DNA from: Entomortierella parvispora E1425
Taxonomy: Eukaryota > Fungi > Mortierellomycota
Direction of reading: 5' to 3'
NCBI GenBank assembly: GCA_020891255.1
Contig: BQFW01000008.1
Span: 2,108,001 to 2,172,000 of the forward strand
Length of the DNA stretch: 64,000 bases
Part shown: piece after piece, positions 1 to 11,028 of the stretch
How positions within the stretch are numbered: position 1 is the first letter of the stretch
Layout of the letters: every line of letters begins with the position of its first letter
Notes under the pieces: generated by a model
What the model was told of the DNA's origin: nothing
The model's input: the letters and a program-made list of their open reading frames with translations, nothing else
The model's database searches: none
Translations under genes and position numbers: made by a program

Positions 1-1122
1 TGAACTTCTCTTTCAGATTGGCATGAAAGTGGTCGTTGTGGACCAGGTACAGGAGGTATTTGTCTCCATGACTTCTTATGATTTGCTCACCCACATACGG
101 CGCGATTTCTCGTTCGAAGTGCGCCCACCAGTCGTATGCCGATAGGGATCCTGATGGTCCGAATCGAAGCCATGTGGATAGAGGCTTGACAGGAAATCCT
201 GCCTCAGATCGCGCTTGTGGAGCATGGTTGCTTGCGCTTCGATCCTGCTCTTGATAACGGTCTACGGTGGACTGATTTGGATATGCCCATTGTGCTGGTA
301 CAGGGCGGCGAGCTGCGTGAAGAGCATTGTATGTTTGCTCCATACTGCTGAGGAAGTCCTCGTTGCGCTTATGTTCTTCCTCCATCTTGTCTGTTTCCGG
401 TGTGAGGTCCATGGGAGCTGTACCGGCATGGGTGACTCTTTTGTTACGTGAGATATGTAAAAGGAGTCTTACATTGGTGAGCCGAGTAGCTTCCATCTGT
501 GCGTACGTTGCCGCAATGTCTGCCTCTATTTCCGCATCTGTTATGTCAGGCAGGGCAGTATAGGTACCGCCAAGGCTCTGGTGATTGATACGACCGATAT
601 AGGACTATCCTTTCTTGGAATAGATGGCAACTGTGACGGTGGTAGTCCTTCAAACGTCAGTCCACTTCTGGTGGGTTCTCCAGAGTTGGAGGCAGTGGCG
701 CGCGCGTTGGCGGCTTGTGCAACAGGTATAAAAACTGCAGCGACTCTGCTCCGAATTGGTTTGTTGTTGTTGAGATTCACTTTGCCCATGTCGCGAAAAA
801 TTTTTCCCAGCTGAATTGAGATGCCGGAATGAACTGAATGTCGAAAAGTTCACCAAAGTCCATGAGCGGTGGCTTGCGTGCAGTAAGTGGTGTTTTGGTA
901 ACTTTCAAGGGTCCTGAAAGCGATGCTGTGTTCCGTTTAGATGGATGGGTCAGATTGACGGGTGAATTGGCGTTCCAAAGTTGATCTCAGTTAAATCGAG
1001 TGGAATTAACTTGCGGAATGTGAGATGCAGGTCAATGCTGGTGAATGTCGTCGCAGACAGTGAAGAAATGCTGTTGATCGGTCGAGTGCTGACGAGTGCG
1101 GTTGAATGGAGGTGAATGCCGG
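1..1122 (-). mobile_element. Probable 5' part (short LTR remnant, leader, gag-like ORF) of an LTR retrotransposon ('element D'), truncated by the window edge
   Basis: A minus-strand frame is open from 604 off the left edge (…MEATRLTNVRLLLHIS…LSTWLRFGPSGSLSAYDWWAHFEREIAPYVGEQIIRSHGDKYLLYLVHNDHFHANLKEKF) and is not in the ORF track. Putative LTR is TGTCACG (7175) … TCTCACA (1019), split by element C. No RT motif lies in the window. Confidence 0.4.
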
Positions 1123-1207
1123 TGTGGCATATCGTGGGCCTTGAAGTGTATTAATTGGGATGTTTATTTTGATAGTCATATTGTAAGTGAGAGCCCAAAA
1201 TATCCCA
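1123..1207 (+). repeat. 5' LTR of element C (family L1) with an 87-bp internal deletion
   Basis: Matches both ends of the 172-bp 3' LTR with 1 mismatch in 85 bp. The central segment AGTAACC…GTCTC is missing. Confidence 0.93.
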
Positions 1208-1367
1208 TTTTTTTTATCGAATACAAGATCGGATCCAATCCGCAAAAAGGTTACATCCATCGGCATTGGGATACATCCTTGTGAACAATAATCGATCGTG
1301 CATCGGTCATTGTGATTGTCTCAACGACAATATCATTGACAAATATTACCTGCCCTAGCGCAAGGAA

Positions 1368-3300
1368 ATGGCAAAGACTTCGAAGACTCCTCAAGTGGAG
1401 GAAGAGGGCAACCTTGGAACGAGCAGTGGTGAAGTGGTCGTACCAACCGAAGTGGTTGAGGACGTACCTGAAGAAGACTCCCACATGGAGGTAGATGATG
1501 AGACCTTCGATGAGCCTTTGACCTTGGAGTCGGCACAGAATTGCTTGAAAAAACAGGGACAGCTGTTGAAAAGCAAGACAGACCAACGCGTAACACTTGG
1601 TCGCAAGAGCATGGGTCCAAGCAGTAAGACACCGGCCCATAAAGCCGCATTGGAAAAAGTGAAGGAAGAGATCCAGGGCATTAAAGAGAGCATCGTCGAA
1701 TGGTCCGCCATTGTTGAGGATCTGAACAAAAGCAGGGAAGCTGAGAGACTGTCAACGACGAGACCGACGATGATCAAGTCGACTACAGGTGCTTTGGTTG
1801 CCACAGGCGCCGCCAAGTCGTCTGATGAATCGGAGATTAAGTTGACGACTGACATTCCGCACCATCTGTCAATTGAAGTATGGACATCTGGCATTCCAGA
1901 AAATCTGCTTCCGATTATTGTCGTTGGCGAATCTGGATCGAAAAGCTGCAGACGCGTTCGTAGTGACACGAGAAGCGGATCGTGGAAGCGAATGGGACTG
2001 GGAGCGATGCGAACAGGAGTTTGTTGACGCCGCGCTCACGCCACTGGAGAAAGCGTTAGAAGTGGATGAGTTTGCCAAGGCTGGAAGGGAGAAGGGAGAG
2101 AGTTACAAGGAGCTCCAGTATCGATTGAAACGTCTAGTCGAAGTATACAGGGTTAAAGAATTGCCGAAACACGCCGACGTCACGCAAACGTTGCGCATGT
2201 CAATCCCCTCCTTGACACTCACCGTCATGTAGATAGCAGAAGTGCAGAAGCGTATGCTCGCACACATAGGAATGGCGATGCCTGAGACTGGAACGCTGGA
2301 TTTTTTGATGGATAGTATTCCTCATGCCTATGGTCCTGACGATTGCAGTGAATGGAAAACAGTAATTGACGAAGCGCGCAGACGACGAGTGCTCAAGGAA
2401 GGAGAAGATGCAAAGAAAAACAAGAAGCCGGTGACGAATGGCTCATCCGCAAACAGCAATGAAAGCAACACCCACAGCAACCACCAGGGGGCACCTGCTT
2501 CAGGCTACTCGTACCAAGCACCTTACAGAGGTTACAGAGGAGGACGCTCAGGTTACCGAGGTGGAAACTATAACACGAACAGAGGGTCGTACAGAGGTGC
2601 ACCGTACCACAGACATGAAGGTGAGTGTGAAGAATATGTTGACGAAGCTGAAGCGGGAAGTGACGATGTAATTAACAATAATACTGTGGCAATCACGAAG
2701 GAAGTCACCAGCCTCAAGGACAAAAGCCTCTTGGAGGAAACACACCCTGAAGTAGCGAAAGAGAGCGCTGAAGACGAGAGGGGAGTTGTTGTAGCGACAG
2801 CAGAAGAAGAGCAGTCTGAAGAAGAGTGCGAAGAGGTGATAGCAATAGAAGAGACGCACACGGAGCAGGGAAAGACAAAAGTAGAGGCGTCGTCTGAAGA
2901 AATAAAAATGGAGCAAAAGCCAGAAACGGCTACGAAAAAGAAAAAGAAAAGAAAAGCGAGAAAAAGAATGCCAGCGAATGGCGGCGTAAGAGTCATAACA
3001 AGGGAAGACATTGTTAAGACTATGATTGCAGTGCTAGAGGAGAGGGAAAGGAGAAGCGCCTCTGGCGACAGCGAAGGGAGCAGCAAGGAAGCAGAGGAAG
3101 CAGAGGAAGCAGAGGTGAAGTTTGCTGCAGCAACAATGGTTGAAGAAATCGCTGCCGATCCCGATGTGGAGGACGCGCAAGCAACAGAGCATGAAGGGTA
3201 TACGATTGAACATGATGTGGTGACGTCATCAAATCTTTTGCCATTCGAATCGCCAGGCTGCATCTTGCATTTCAATGCAAGCAAGAAGGCAGGAGAAAAA
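1368..3300 (+). pseudogene. gag of element C (frameshift near 1880-1910, TAG at 2230-2232)
   Basis: ORFs 1368-2027, 1873-2232 and the start of 2242-4620 join into one gag-like, Glu-rich protein upstream of the protease. The end coordinate is approximate. Confidence 0.75.
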
Positions 3301-6300
3301 GACAACCGCATCTTTGTCCCGATTATTATCAGACAGGAGCGACACTATGCATTGATTGACACTGGAGCAACACATTCATTCATAAGCAAGACAGTTGTCG
3401 ACCAATATCGCATACCGACTAGCCCCCAAAAAGGACTTATTCACTTAGCGGACAGGTCGACCATACCAAGGTTGGGAGAGACAGAAAGTGTAGAAGTCAC
3501 ATGCGGGGAGCATATGCTCAGTGCACCATATGAAGTAATTGATCAGGAGCATGCAATAACAATTGGCATGGATCTATTTCATAGGTATGGATTTAACCTC
3601 ATGGGCCTACCTGACCCAGAAATGGCGACGGAGAAGGAGACACCGCCAAAGGAGGATGACAAACCCACACTCATCCCATTACAAACACCTCTCGTGGAGG
3701 AGACAAGTGAGTTCATCAAGGAGAAGCAAGAATTCATGAGGAAGATCAAGGACGCCTTGAAAAAAAACGCACAGATATCGCCGCAAAGCCATTGCCCGAT
3801 ACCAGAAATGAAGGTATTTTTAGCAGTACCAGAAGGAGTAGAACTGTATAGAAGACCACGAGTATTTGCAGCGTCGCAGGTTCCAATTCTGGATGCAGCA
3901 GTGGAAGCATGGATAAAGGACGATGTGATCATGTTAGCACCAGCTGGAAACAGATACAACAATACTTTGACGCTCGCAGCAAAAAAGGATTTGGAAGGGA
4001 ACAAAACACTGTATCGTGTATGCTTGGATCCAAGGCCGTTAAACGCCTATTTACCGGATGACAATTTCCCTGTCCCACTGATATCAGATATTATGAACTT
4101 TGCGGGAGGCAACGAAGTTTTCACGACGATTGATCTCAGACAAGCATACCACAGGCTACCAATTCATGCAGCAGACAGAAATTTGACAGCATTCATGCAT
4201 GGAGGAGTTCAATACATGTTTAAGAAGGCGCCTTTCGGACTCAAACCGTTATCGTCATTGTTTCAAAGAGGAATGAGTAGAATTCTTGGAGATCTAAAAT
4301 TCGTTAGGAATTTCATTGATGATATCCTGATAGCTTCAAAGAACAAGGCGGAGCACGCTGAGCATGTCAGGATTGTCATCGAGAGACTGACAGAGGCGAA
4401 TCTTATCATCAACGGAGACAAGTGCAGGTTTTACAGCACTCAGGTGGCCTTATTGGGATTCATCATTGACGTCAATGGGAAGAGAGTTGACCCCAACAAA
4501 TTGGCGAACATCGATGAATGGAAGGCACCTACGACAGGCAAGCAGGTAATGTCGTATATGGGAACGTTTAATTTCTTTAGAGAATTCGTCCCATTAATCA
4601 ACACGGTAGCAGCACCATGATGCACTGAGAAATGAACCAGGAACGTTCACGCTGAACAAACTCCAGTTGAAGTGCTTCAACACTTTAAAAAACTTATTGG
4701 TGCAAGCGCCAATTTTACATTTCCCAGACTTCAGTCAGCCATTTTATGTGGCCATGGACGCATCGAACTATGGCATTGGAGCAGTACTGTACCAGCTACC
4801 AGGAGGAGAAGATGAACCGAAGAATATTCGGTACGTATCATTTGTTGCACGCTCATTGCAACCAAGTGAAAGGAATTATTCCGCCACGCAGCGTGAGCTT
4901 TTGGCCATTATTGTCTTTGCGTTAAAAAAGCTTCATTATTACCTGTGGGGTCGTTGTTTCACGCTCTTTACTGACCATCGTACTTTGACTTTTATGCACA
5001 CGCAAAAGGAGATGAACTCAATGTTGACGGCATGGCAGGAAACCATTCTGGATTATACATTCAAGGTCGTTTATCGCCCTGGAGTGTTGAACGTGCTGCC
5101 AGACGCGCTGTCGCGACAATTCCCTCAGGAGCTGTGGTTGAACAGGACTGGGGAAAGAAACGCAGCAAAGATCTACAGTTACATTCACTTAATTCAGGAC
5201 AAAGACACCCCTAAAGAGACGGTGAAGTTGGCCAATCGCAATAAGATAGTGAGCGATGCACATGCAATGGGCCATATTGGCACAAATGCGATGGTGAAGC
5301 AGATTCATTCGTTGGGCAAGACTTGGCCAAAGCTAGCCAAGGATTGTTTGGAGTTTGTTCAACGCTGCCAAGAATGCCAGCGAGTCAACATCGCTAGGAA
5401 AGGATACCACCCTATGGTTGCCATTCACGCCCAGCTTCCAGGAGAACATATGGCAGTGGACTTGGCCGGTCCGTTCCCTGTACAAAGCAATGGAAATCGA
5501 TTCCTACTCGTTTTAGTGGATGTCTGTACAAGATTCGTTTTTCTAGAGGCGATCCCAGACAAGAGCGCGCTCACTGTTGCCAGAGTCTTGTTCAAGATAT
5601 TTACTCTTATCGGTTTTCCTCGCATTCTACAATCGGACAATGGAAAAGAATTTGCTAATAACGTCCTTCTGCAATTGACCACCAGGTTTGATGTTCAACA
5701 TCGACTTGTCACCCCGTATCATCCCAGAGGCAACGGAGTAGCAGAAAATCATGTCAAGACAGCATGTAATATTATTCGCAAGGAGATCGAGGATCAGAAG
5801 GACAATTGGGCACTACATGTGCCAATGGCGCAATTGGCGATGAACACAAGAATTGTGGCTTTACACAACTCATCACCATTTTCTTTTATTTTTTGGGCGC
5901 CGATTCAATGGTCTCAGCAAATTCACCACAACCACAGAAAAATGGTCATCAGAGGAGGAACTTGTGAAGCGATTGGAGTACATGACGAAGGTCGTCTTCC
6001 CCGCAATCCAAACAGAAGCGCAGGATACTCAACGTCGAATGATTGAGCGTTTTAACCGGACGATACTGCACAATGAGTTTCCAGACGGAGCAAAAGTAAT
6101 GTCATTGGACCCTATACAAGGAGACAAGCTTTCGCCTCGGTATGAAGGTCCGTATACTGTTGTACGACGGACTGTGGGCGGTTCTTACGTATTAAAGGAC
6201 GGAACAGGTGAAGAGCTCGGCAGGAAATTCGCGCCTTCACAGTTAAAGCTTGTGCTCGACGACTTTGAAGAAACAAGTACTTATGAAGTAGAGAAAATCC

Positions 6301-6746
6301 TCGATCACAGGCAAGAACCTGGGGAGGGGGTGGAGTACCTCGTCAACTGGAAAGGGTATAAGGCCAAAGACAGAACTTGGGAACCTCAGGAGAACTTTAT
6401 TGAGCGGAAATGTATTAGCGACTATTGGAAGGCTTATGATCAGAGTCAACCAGCTAAACAGGACCCCACGCAGCCTTGTCGGCAGGCGAAGAGTCAAGCG
6501 CAGACAGTTGGAAAGCGACAAGAATCAACTCAGCAGTATATAAACCAGGATCAGACAATCATGGTGAAGAAGAACGATACTACCAGTAAGGTGTTGGATC
6601 GGAGGAGGTCAAAAAGAGGACAGCCTTTGGAGCAAGAGTTAATACCGCTTGCTTCGTCCAGGTCTGCAAGAAAGAGGCAGACAATTAGTGGCGACCAGGA
6701 CAGCCGCGACAGGACTGTTCGAGCGATCAAACACAGCCGCCGTTAA
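3300..6746 (+). pseudogene. pol of element C: aspartic protease, RT, RNase H, integrase, chromodomain
   Basis: Motifs ALIDTGATHSF (PR); CLDPRPLN, IDLRQAYHRL, FIDDILI (RT); DASNYGIGAVL, TDHRTL (RH); H..H..CQEC, DLAG, SDNGKEF, GVAEN, GPY (IN); YEVEKILDHR…YLVNWKGY…TWEP (chromodomain). Frameshifts near 4617 and 5885. Confidence 0.95.
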
Positions 6747-6974
6747 TCACCATACTCAACGAGAATTTGGGCGAAGTGTTGGAGCGATGCATTGATGGTT
6801 TTTTTATCCCAATGGGTTTTTACATCAATCAGGTTTGGTATATACCTGTAGGGCATCAAAGAAGAAAGTCATGGGAGGATGTTGACCTCAAAACAAGATG
6901 TCATCTTGTATGAATCAGGAGCAGATACGATATGCAAAGAAGCCTGGCTTTCAGCCTCTTCTATGGGAGAGAGC

Positions 6975-7146
6975 TGTGGCATATCGTGGGCCTTGAAGTG
7001 TATTAATAGGGATGTTTATTTTAGTAACCTAGTTTAGTAGCAAGCCACCCTCGCACTCCCTTATCAAAGGAGTGCGAGGGCAGAACATAAAGATCCTTCT
7101 TCTTGTCTCGATAGTCATATTGTAAGTGAGAGCCCAAAATATCCCA
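6975..7146 (+). repeat. 3' LTR of element C (family L1, 172 bp)
   Basis: TGTGGC…ATCCCA, preceded by the PPT, with 168/172 identity to the copy at 13032-13203. Confidence 0.95.
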
Positions 7147-7189
7147 CTGGATCCCCCTCCGCCACTGGCGTGACAAAGAGGTTCAGCTT

Positions 7190-7235
7190 CGGCAGCTAAG
7201 GTCCGGACCGACCTTAGTTGCCGGGGGCATTTCCC
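7190..7235 (-). promoter_or_regulatory. -1 ribosomal frameshift signal (G GGA AAT slippery site + 14-bp stem-loop)
   Basis: The heptamer at 7235-7229 is in the gag reading phase. The downstream stem pairs 13 of 14 positions around a GGTCCG loop. Confidence 0.8.
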
Positions 7236-8765
7236 GAAGGGGAGCCGCCCTCGTTAGAAGATGTCATGTTGTTAACAGATACAGGTCCAGGACAGGACGT
7301 GGCGTAGTGACCGGCATTGATCTTGCGGCAGCGGAAGCAACCGTTGTTCTTGATGAGATATTGTTTATCTTCAGGTGTCAGTCTTTTCAGAGAAGAGTCT
7401 TGGTGGTGGCCGGAGCGAGATCGGTTGTTATTTCTAGAGAGGTTATTGACCTGGATAGATAGGTGGTTGAAGTGCAGCAACGGTGATGTTATCAATATCC
7501 ATTGCCATGCTGGCGTCCTTAATAGCGTTAGCACTAGCAGCAGTGTAGTCGAGTCCTGCAGAGGAAGACGAAGAAGGGGGGCGAACTTTGTACTCGTAGA
7601 TCTGGTGGAACTGCTCGGCTACGCTGCACAGATCTTGGATAGTGCACTTGGGATTGTTGAGCTTGTAAGTCAGGAGAACCTGTCGGAGATCTTTGGGGGC
7701 ACCTTTCAAGAAGCACGAAGTGGCGGTGTGGTGTAGTAGATACGGATCACACATTTGTAGAAGTCAGTTTAGATACCCTTAAAAGATTGCGTTAATATAA
7801 TTTCGTGTTCAGAGCAGTAATTGCTCTGGGTCGCTTCCTTCCCTACTTTTTCGTTTGCTTTTGTTTGATCGTTACAGAACACATACACATCCCCCCCCCA
7901 CTTCCTGCCCGATATCCCCTTTGCAGCAGCAGCAAGATCGACGCCTTAATTCCGATTGCTGAGACTATTAGTAGCTAGTCTAACCTCCTCCCCCCCCTTT
8001 ACCTTTGGATATCACAGACCCTGTTCTGCCGATCAAGCTTGCCTTCGTACAAGTCTTGAGCTTCCACCCGACTGAGATCTTTATTGATACTTGGTTCACA
8101 CAGTTTAGACAGTGAGATCCTGCAACGTCTATCCTCCCCCTCGCAAGCAATCCCCTTTCCCTTGATCACTTGTGACCAGCCCCTCTCTCCTTGAGCTACG
8201 ACCGATCCCCAACCCATTGTAGCAACACCACAGCGGCCTGTTCAAGGGTGAGACGAGAGTCGGGGCTCATGTCGTGGGGACAAAGGAGTGACATGTACTT
8301 GCGGGTGCGTGCCACGTAGTCCGATACCGTAGAGGTCATCTTGATATCGAATAACATATTGCGCACTTGGTCAATAAAACCAGCCGGCTGGAATGCAGCG
8401 CGGAAAGCTTTGACAAAGTCGTCCCAAGGGGCCTCGTCGGAGAGGGCATTGCCCTCCCACCATAAGGTGGCGTCGTCGGTGAGGAAGATGGTTGCATGCA
8501 AGGTGCGTTCATGGTCGGGGATGCGGGCGCCTTTGAAGAAGCGAGTGATCGCAGTGAGCCAGATCTCGCATTTGAAGCCATCACGTTCGCCCTTGTAGTG
8601 TTCGGGCTGGGGGAAGCGGAATGTGGCCGCTGAAAAGAGGTTGGCAGCCGGGGTGGTGGTCGCAGGAGGGTTGTTTGGGACAGTCATTGAAAGGCCGTGG
8701 AAAAGGTCGGTGAGGTTGTCGATGGAATCGAGGGGTGTTGTTGGAGTCAGGGTGGCAAGGTTCAA
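7214..8765 (-). pseudogene. gag of element A, split by a solo LTR and one frameshift
   Basis: Removing 7727-8232 plus one TSD copy restores …LTLEQAA-TSCFLKGAPKDLRQ in frame. There is a frameshift near 7480, and the protein ends GCFRCRKINAGHYATSC…SGNAPGN*. Confidence 0.88.
7727..8232. repeat. Solo LTR (506 bp, family L2) with 4-bp TSD
   Basis: 8-bp terminal inverted repeats TGTGGTGT…ACACCACA, flanked by GCGG at 7723-7726 and 8233-8236. Confidence 0.93.
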
Positions 8766-8817
8766 GGGTCAAGGGTCAGGGGTCAGAGGTCGGGGGATCG
8801 AGGTTCCTTTGCTACCA

Positions 8818-8936
8818 TGCAATAGGAGTACTGGGGACAGAGTGGAGACAAGAAGTGATGTTTATTTGAGTGCTAGATACTAACTTATATAGGCGAGGAC
8901 CGCGTGATGTCACCGTATTAATGTCATACTGTTACA
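8818..8936 (-). repeat. 5' LTR of element A (family L3, 119 bp)
   Basis: TGTAAC…TATTGCA followed by the PBS, homologous to 12046-12156. Confidence 0.9.
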
Positions 8937-9819
8937 CCTTTGTTTGATCGTTACAGAACACATACACATCCCCCCCCCCACTTCCTGCCCGATATCCCCT
9001 TTGCAGCAGCAGCAAGATCGACGCCTTAATTCCGATTGCTGAGACTATTAGTAGCTAGTCTAAACCTCCTCCCCCCCCCCCCCTTACCTTTGGATATCAC
9101 AGACCTATTGCGTTCTGTTGATCGACCTTGTACACTCACAAGTTACGATCTTCCCCGTCCTCGACAAGTTCCGTCAAGAACCTCGGCCAACCAGTTCTCC
9201 GTGTCCTTGCTCACTTACGAGGTACCAACAATGTCTTGTCTCTTTTGAGTGGACTTGTACGATCTTGGCATCCCATCCTGAGGCCTTAATTGGCGCTTGG
9301 GCATCCTGAGGCCTTAACTGGTGCTTGGGAACCTCCCTTATCTTCTCGTCGCCTTCCCTCGAGTCCCTCCTGAACCCTCAGTTAGGCGGCCTTGTCCCCT
9401 TTCCCTGGATAGAATATTTCTGGCCGTGCTCTTACTGATTAGATCCCTTCAATCCTCCCTTGTTGTTGTTATTAGTTAGTATAGTACCTAGTGTTCGCCT
9501 CCGTAGTTGTTTATTCTCCTGTTTGGTTACCATTAGGACGTGCTTAGCTCATTGGTATGTCCTTATTAGTCTCCTTTCAGTTTCGTTCCTGCTTATATCG
9601 TGATCCTGTTGCTCATTCTCCTCCTCCTGTCTATCCAGTTCATTCTCTCGAGATTGTATCTGATCATATAGCAGTGCTGTGCTTGATCCTTGTGGCACAG
9701 AGAGCAAAGTCCCTATCATATGTAAGCAGCGAGCTTTGTTCGTTATTATTCTTTTCGTTATCATTTTCACCTCCAGCCTTTGCTGACGTTAGACTATACT
9801 TACTTTAGACAACATCACA
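8937..9819 (-). repeat. Long LTR fragment (family L4, copy 1) inserted into the RT of element B and itself interrupted by element A
   Basis: Starts TGTGATGTTG at 9819, right after RT codons CVDYR. 8939-9105 is near-identical to 7860-8020, and 9317-9819 is homologous to 12654-13314. Contains a 28-bp tandem duplication at 9274-9329. Confidence 0.8.
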
Positions 9820-11028
9820 ACGGTAGTCGACGCACATTCGGAGTGTGCCGTCCTTCTTCCGCACAAAGAGCACGGGGGCGCCATAGGGAGAGGTACTGGG
9901 TTTGATAAAACCTGCTGCTAGCAATTGGTCCAGTTGTTTGCGAAGTTCGTCAAGCTCGGCGATTGAAAGTCTAATGACAGGGCGGAAGGGTGGGTCGGCT
10001 GTCGGGTCGGTCTCGATCTTCATAGCATCACCACGGTCTGGGGGCAGGCCGTCCGGGAGTTTCTCCGGAAAGACATCAGCGAACTCTTGGATGACAATGG
10101 ACCGCACCTCTGGGGTCATATCGGGAATTGTACGCGGTTGGTCAGTTTCTTCAGAGGGCTCTGGGGTGTTGCGAATAAGGGCCAGGAACACCTCCGAGCC
10201 GGGCAGGGTTGCCATGGAATGAAAGTGCATGTGTGTGAGGAGGAGTCCTTTGGTGCGGCTTTGGATGTGATCGGCCTTGAAGCCGCGGCAGCTCCATTTG
10301 ACATCGATTCCATTGTGAGTGAAATGAAGATCATTGGTGCGCCAATTGATGCAAGGGTTAACTTTGGTGAGCCAGGGTTTGCCAAGGATGAGGTCGTATT
10401 TGTTGAGAGGATAGAGAATAGGGTTGAGCGAATCGGAGTAGTCGCTGCGGTTGAGGGTGATGGGGACGGTGTGTGATGTGAGGGAGGAGGAGCCATTGGG
10501 GAGGAGGATGGGGATGGGCAAGCATTCAGTGCGGGGGAGCTGGTGTCGCTTTTGAAAAGACGAACTGATAATATTACCTTCTGCACCACCATCAATCAGG
10601 ATTCTGGCAGCGTGGCCATTGACAGAACCGATGAAAGTGAGCAGTTGGCTCTCTGCCTTTTGGACAGTGAATTCGTGTAGGCGAATCGCACGACGCTTCA
10701 ACTTCTTCAACTGACTTTTGGACAGAGGTACGCTAGGTGCCGGCGGTACAGCGAGAGGGTCCGGTTCATCTGTATCGGAGGATCTAGGTAGAGGAGCGGA
10801 CAGGGCAACTGGAGCGGGCGAGGCAACAGGTTTTTTGGTTTGGTTTTGGTTTCGGTCCGATAGAACAACCAGAGCATCGTGGATGTGAGTTCGCTTGTCA
10901 TGATTGGAGTCATGTTTCTGAGGTGTAGAATCAAGTGAAGTTTTATTTGAGGTACTTAGCTCAGGGTTGTTGGCTACAGTTTCGACAACTGGGGTCCGGA
11001 CCGACCCTAGTTGCCGGAGGCTTTTCCC
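9820..11028 (-). pseudogene. Pol of element B (-1 frame), truncated in RT by an LTR insertion
   Basis: Translated by hand: the -1 frame is open from the slippery site (11028) into ORF 9805-10710 without a stop. Confidence 0.9.
10983..11028 (-). promoter_or_regulatory. -1 ribosomal frameshift signal (G GGA AAA + 14-bp stem-loop)
   Basis: The heptamer at 11028-11022 is in gag phase. The stem CGGCAACTAGGGTC/GACCCCAGTTGTCG encloses the gag stop codon. Confidence 0.88.

Larger units (their letters stand above)
1123..7146 (+). mobile_element. Ty3/gypsy chromovirus LTR retrotransposon ('element C'), full length but disabled
   Basis: TG…CA LTRs at 1123-1207 and 6975-7146, PPT GGGAGAGAGC at 6965-6974, gag-PR-RT-RH-IN-chromodomain order, and a 4-bp TSD-like pair CCGG (1119-1122) / CTGG (7147-7150). 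Confidence 0.95.
7176..8936 (-). mobile_element. 5' half of Ty3/gypsy element A (LTR family L3): LTR, PBS, gag, frameshift signal
   Basis: LTR 8936-8818, PBS TGGTAGCAAAGG at 8817-8806, retrotransposon gag (FPQPEHYKGERDG…WW…WDDFVKAFRAAF) and a C-terminal zinc knuckle. Interrupted by a solo LTR at 7727-8232. Confidence 0.9.

Noticed and set aside
1391-3311. Minus-strand ORFs of 192 and 247 aa inside element C
   Set aside because: They are Ser-rich mirror images of the Glu-rich gag, so there is no evidence for an antisense accessory gene.
8213-8230. TGGTGTTGCTACAATGGG as a tRNA primer-binding site
   Set aside because: It is the terminus of the solo LTR, as shown by the TIR and TSD, and its spacing does not fit a tRNA 3' end.
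7860-9105. The 160-bp direct repeats as the two LTRs of one small element
   Set aside because: They lack their own TG…CA ends and TSD, and each lies inside a larger, separately bounded LTR.
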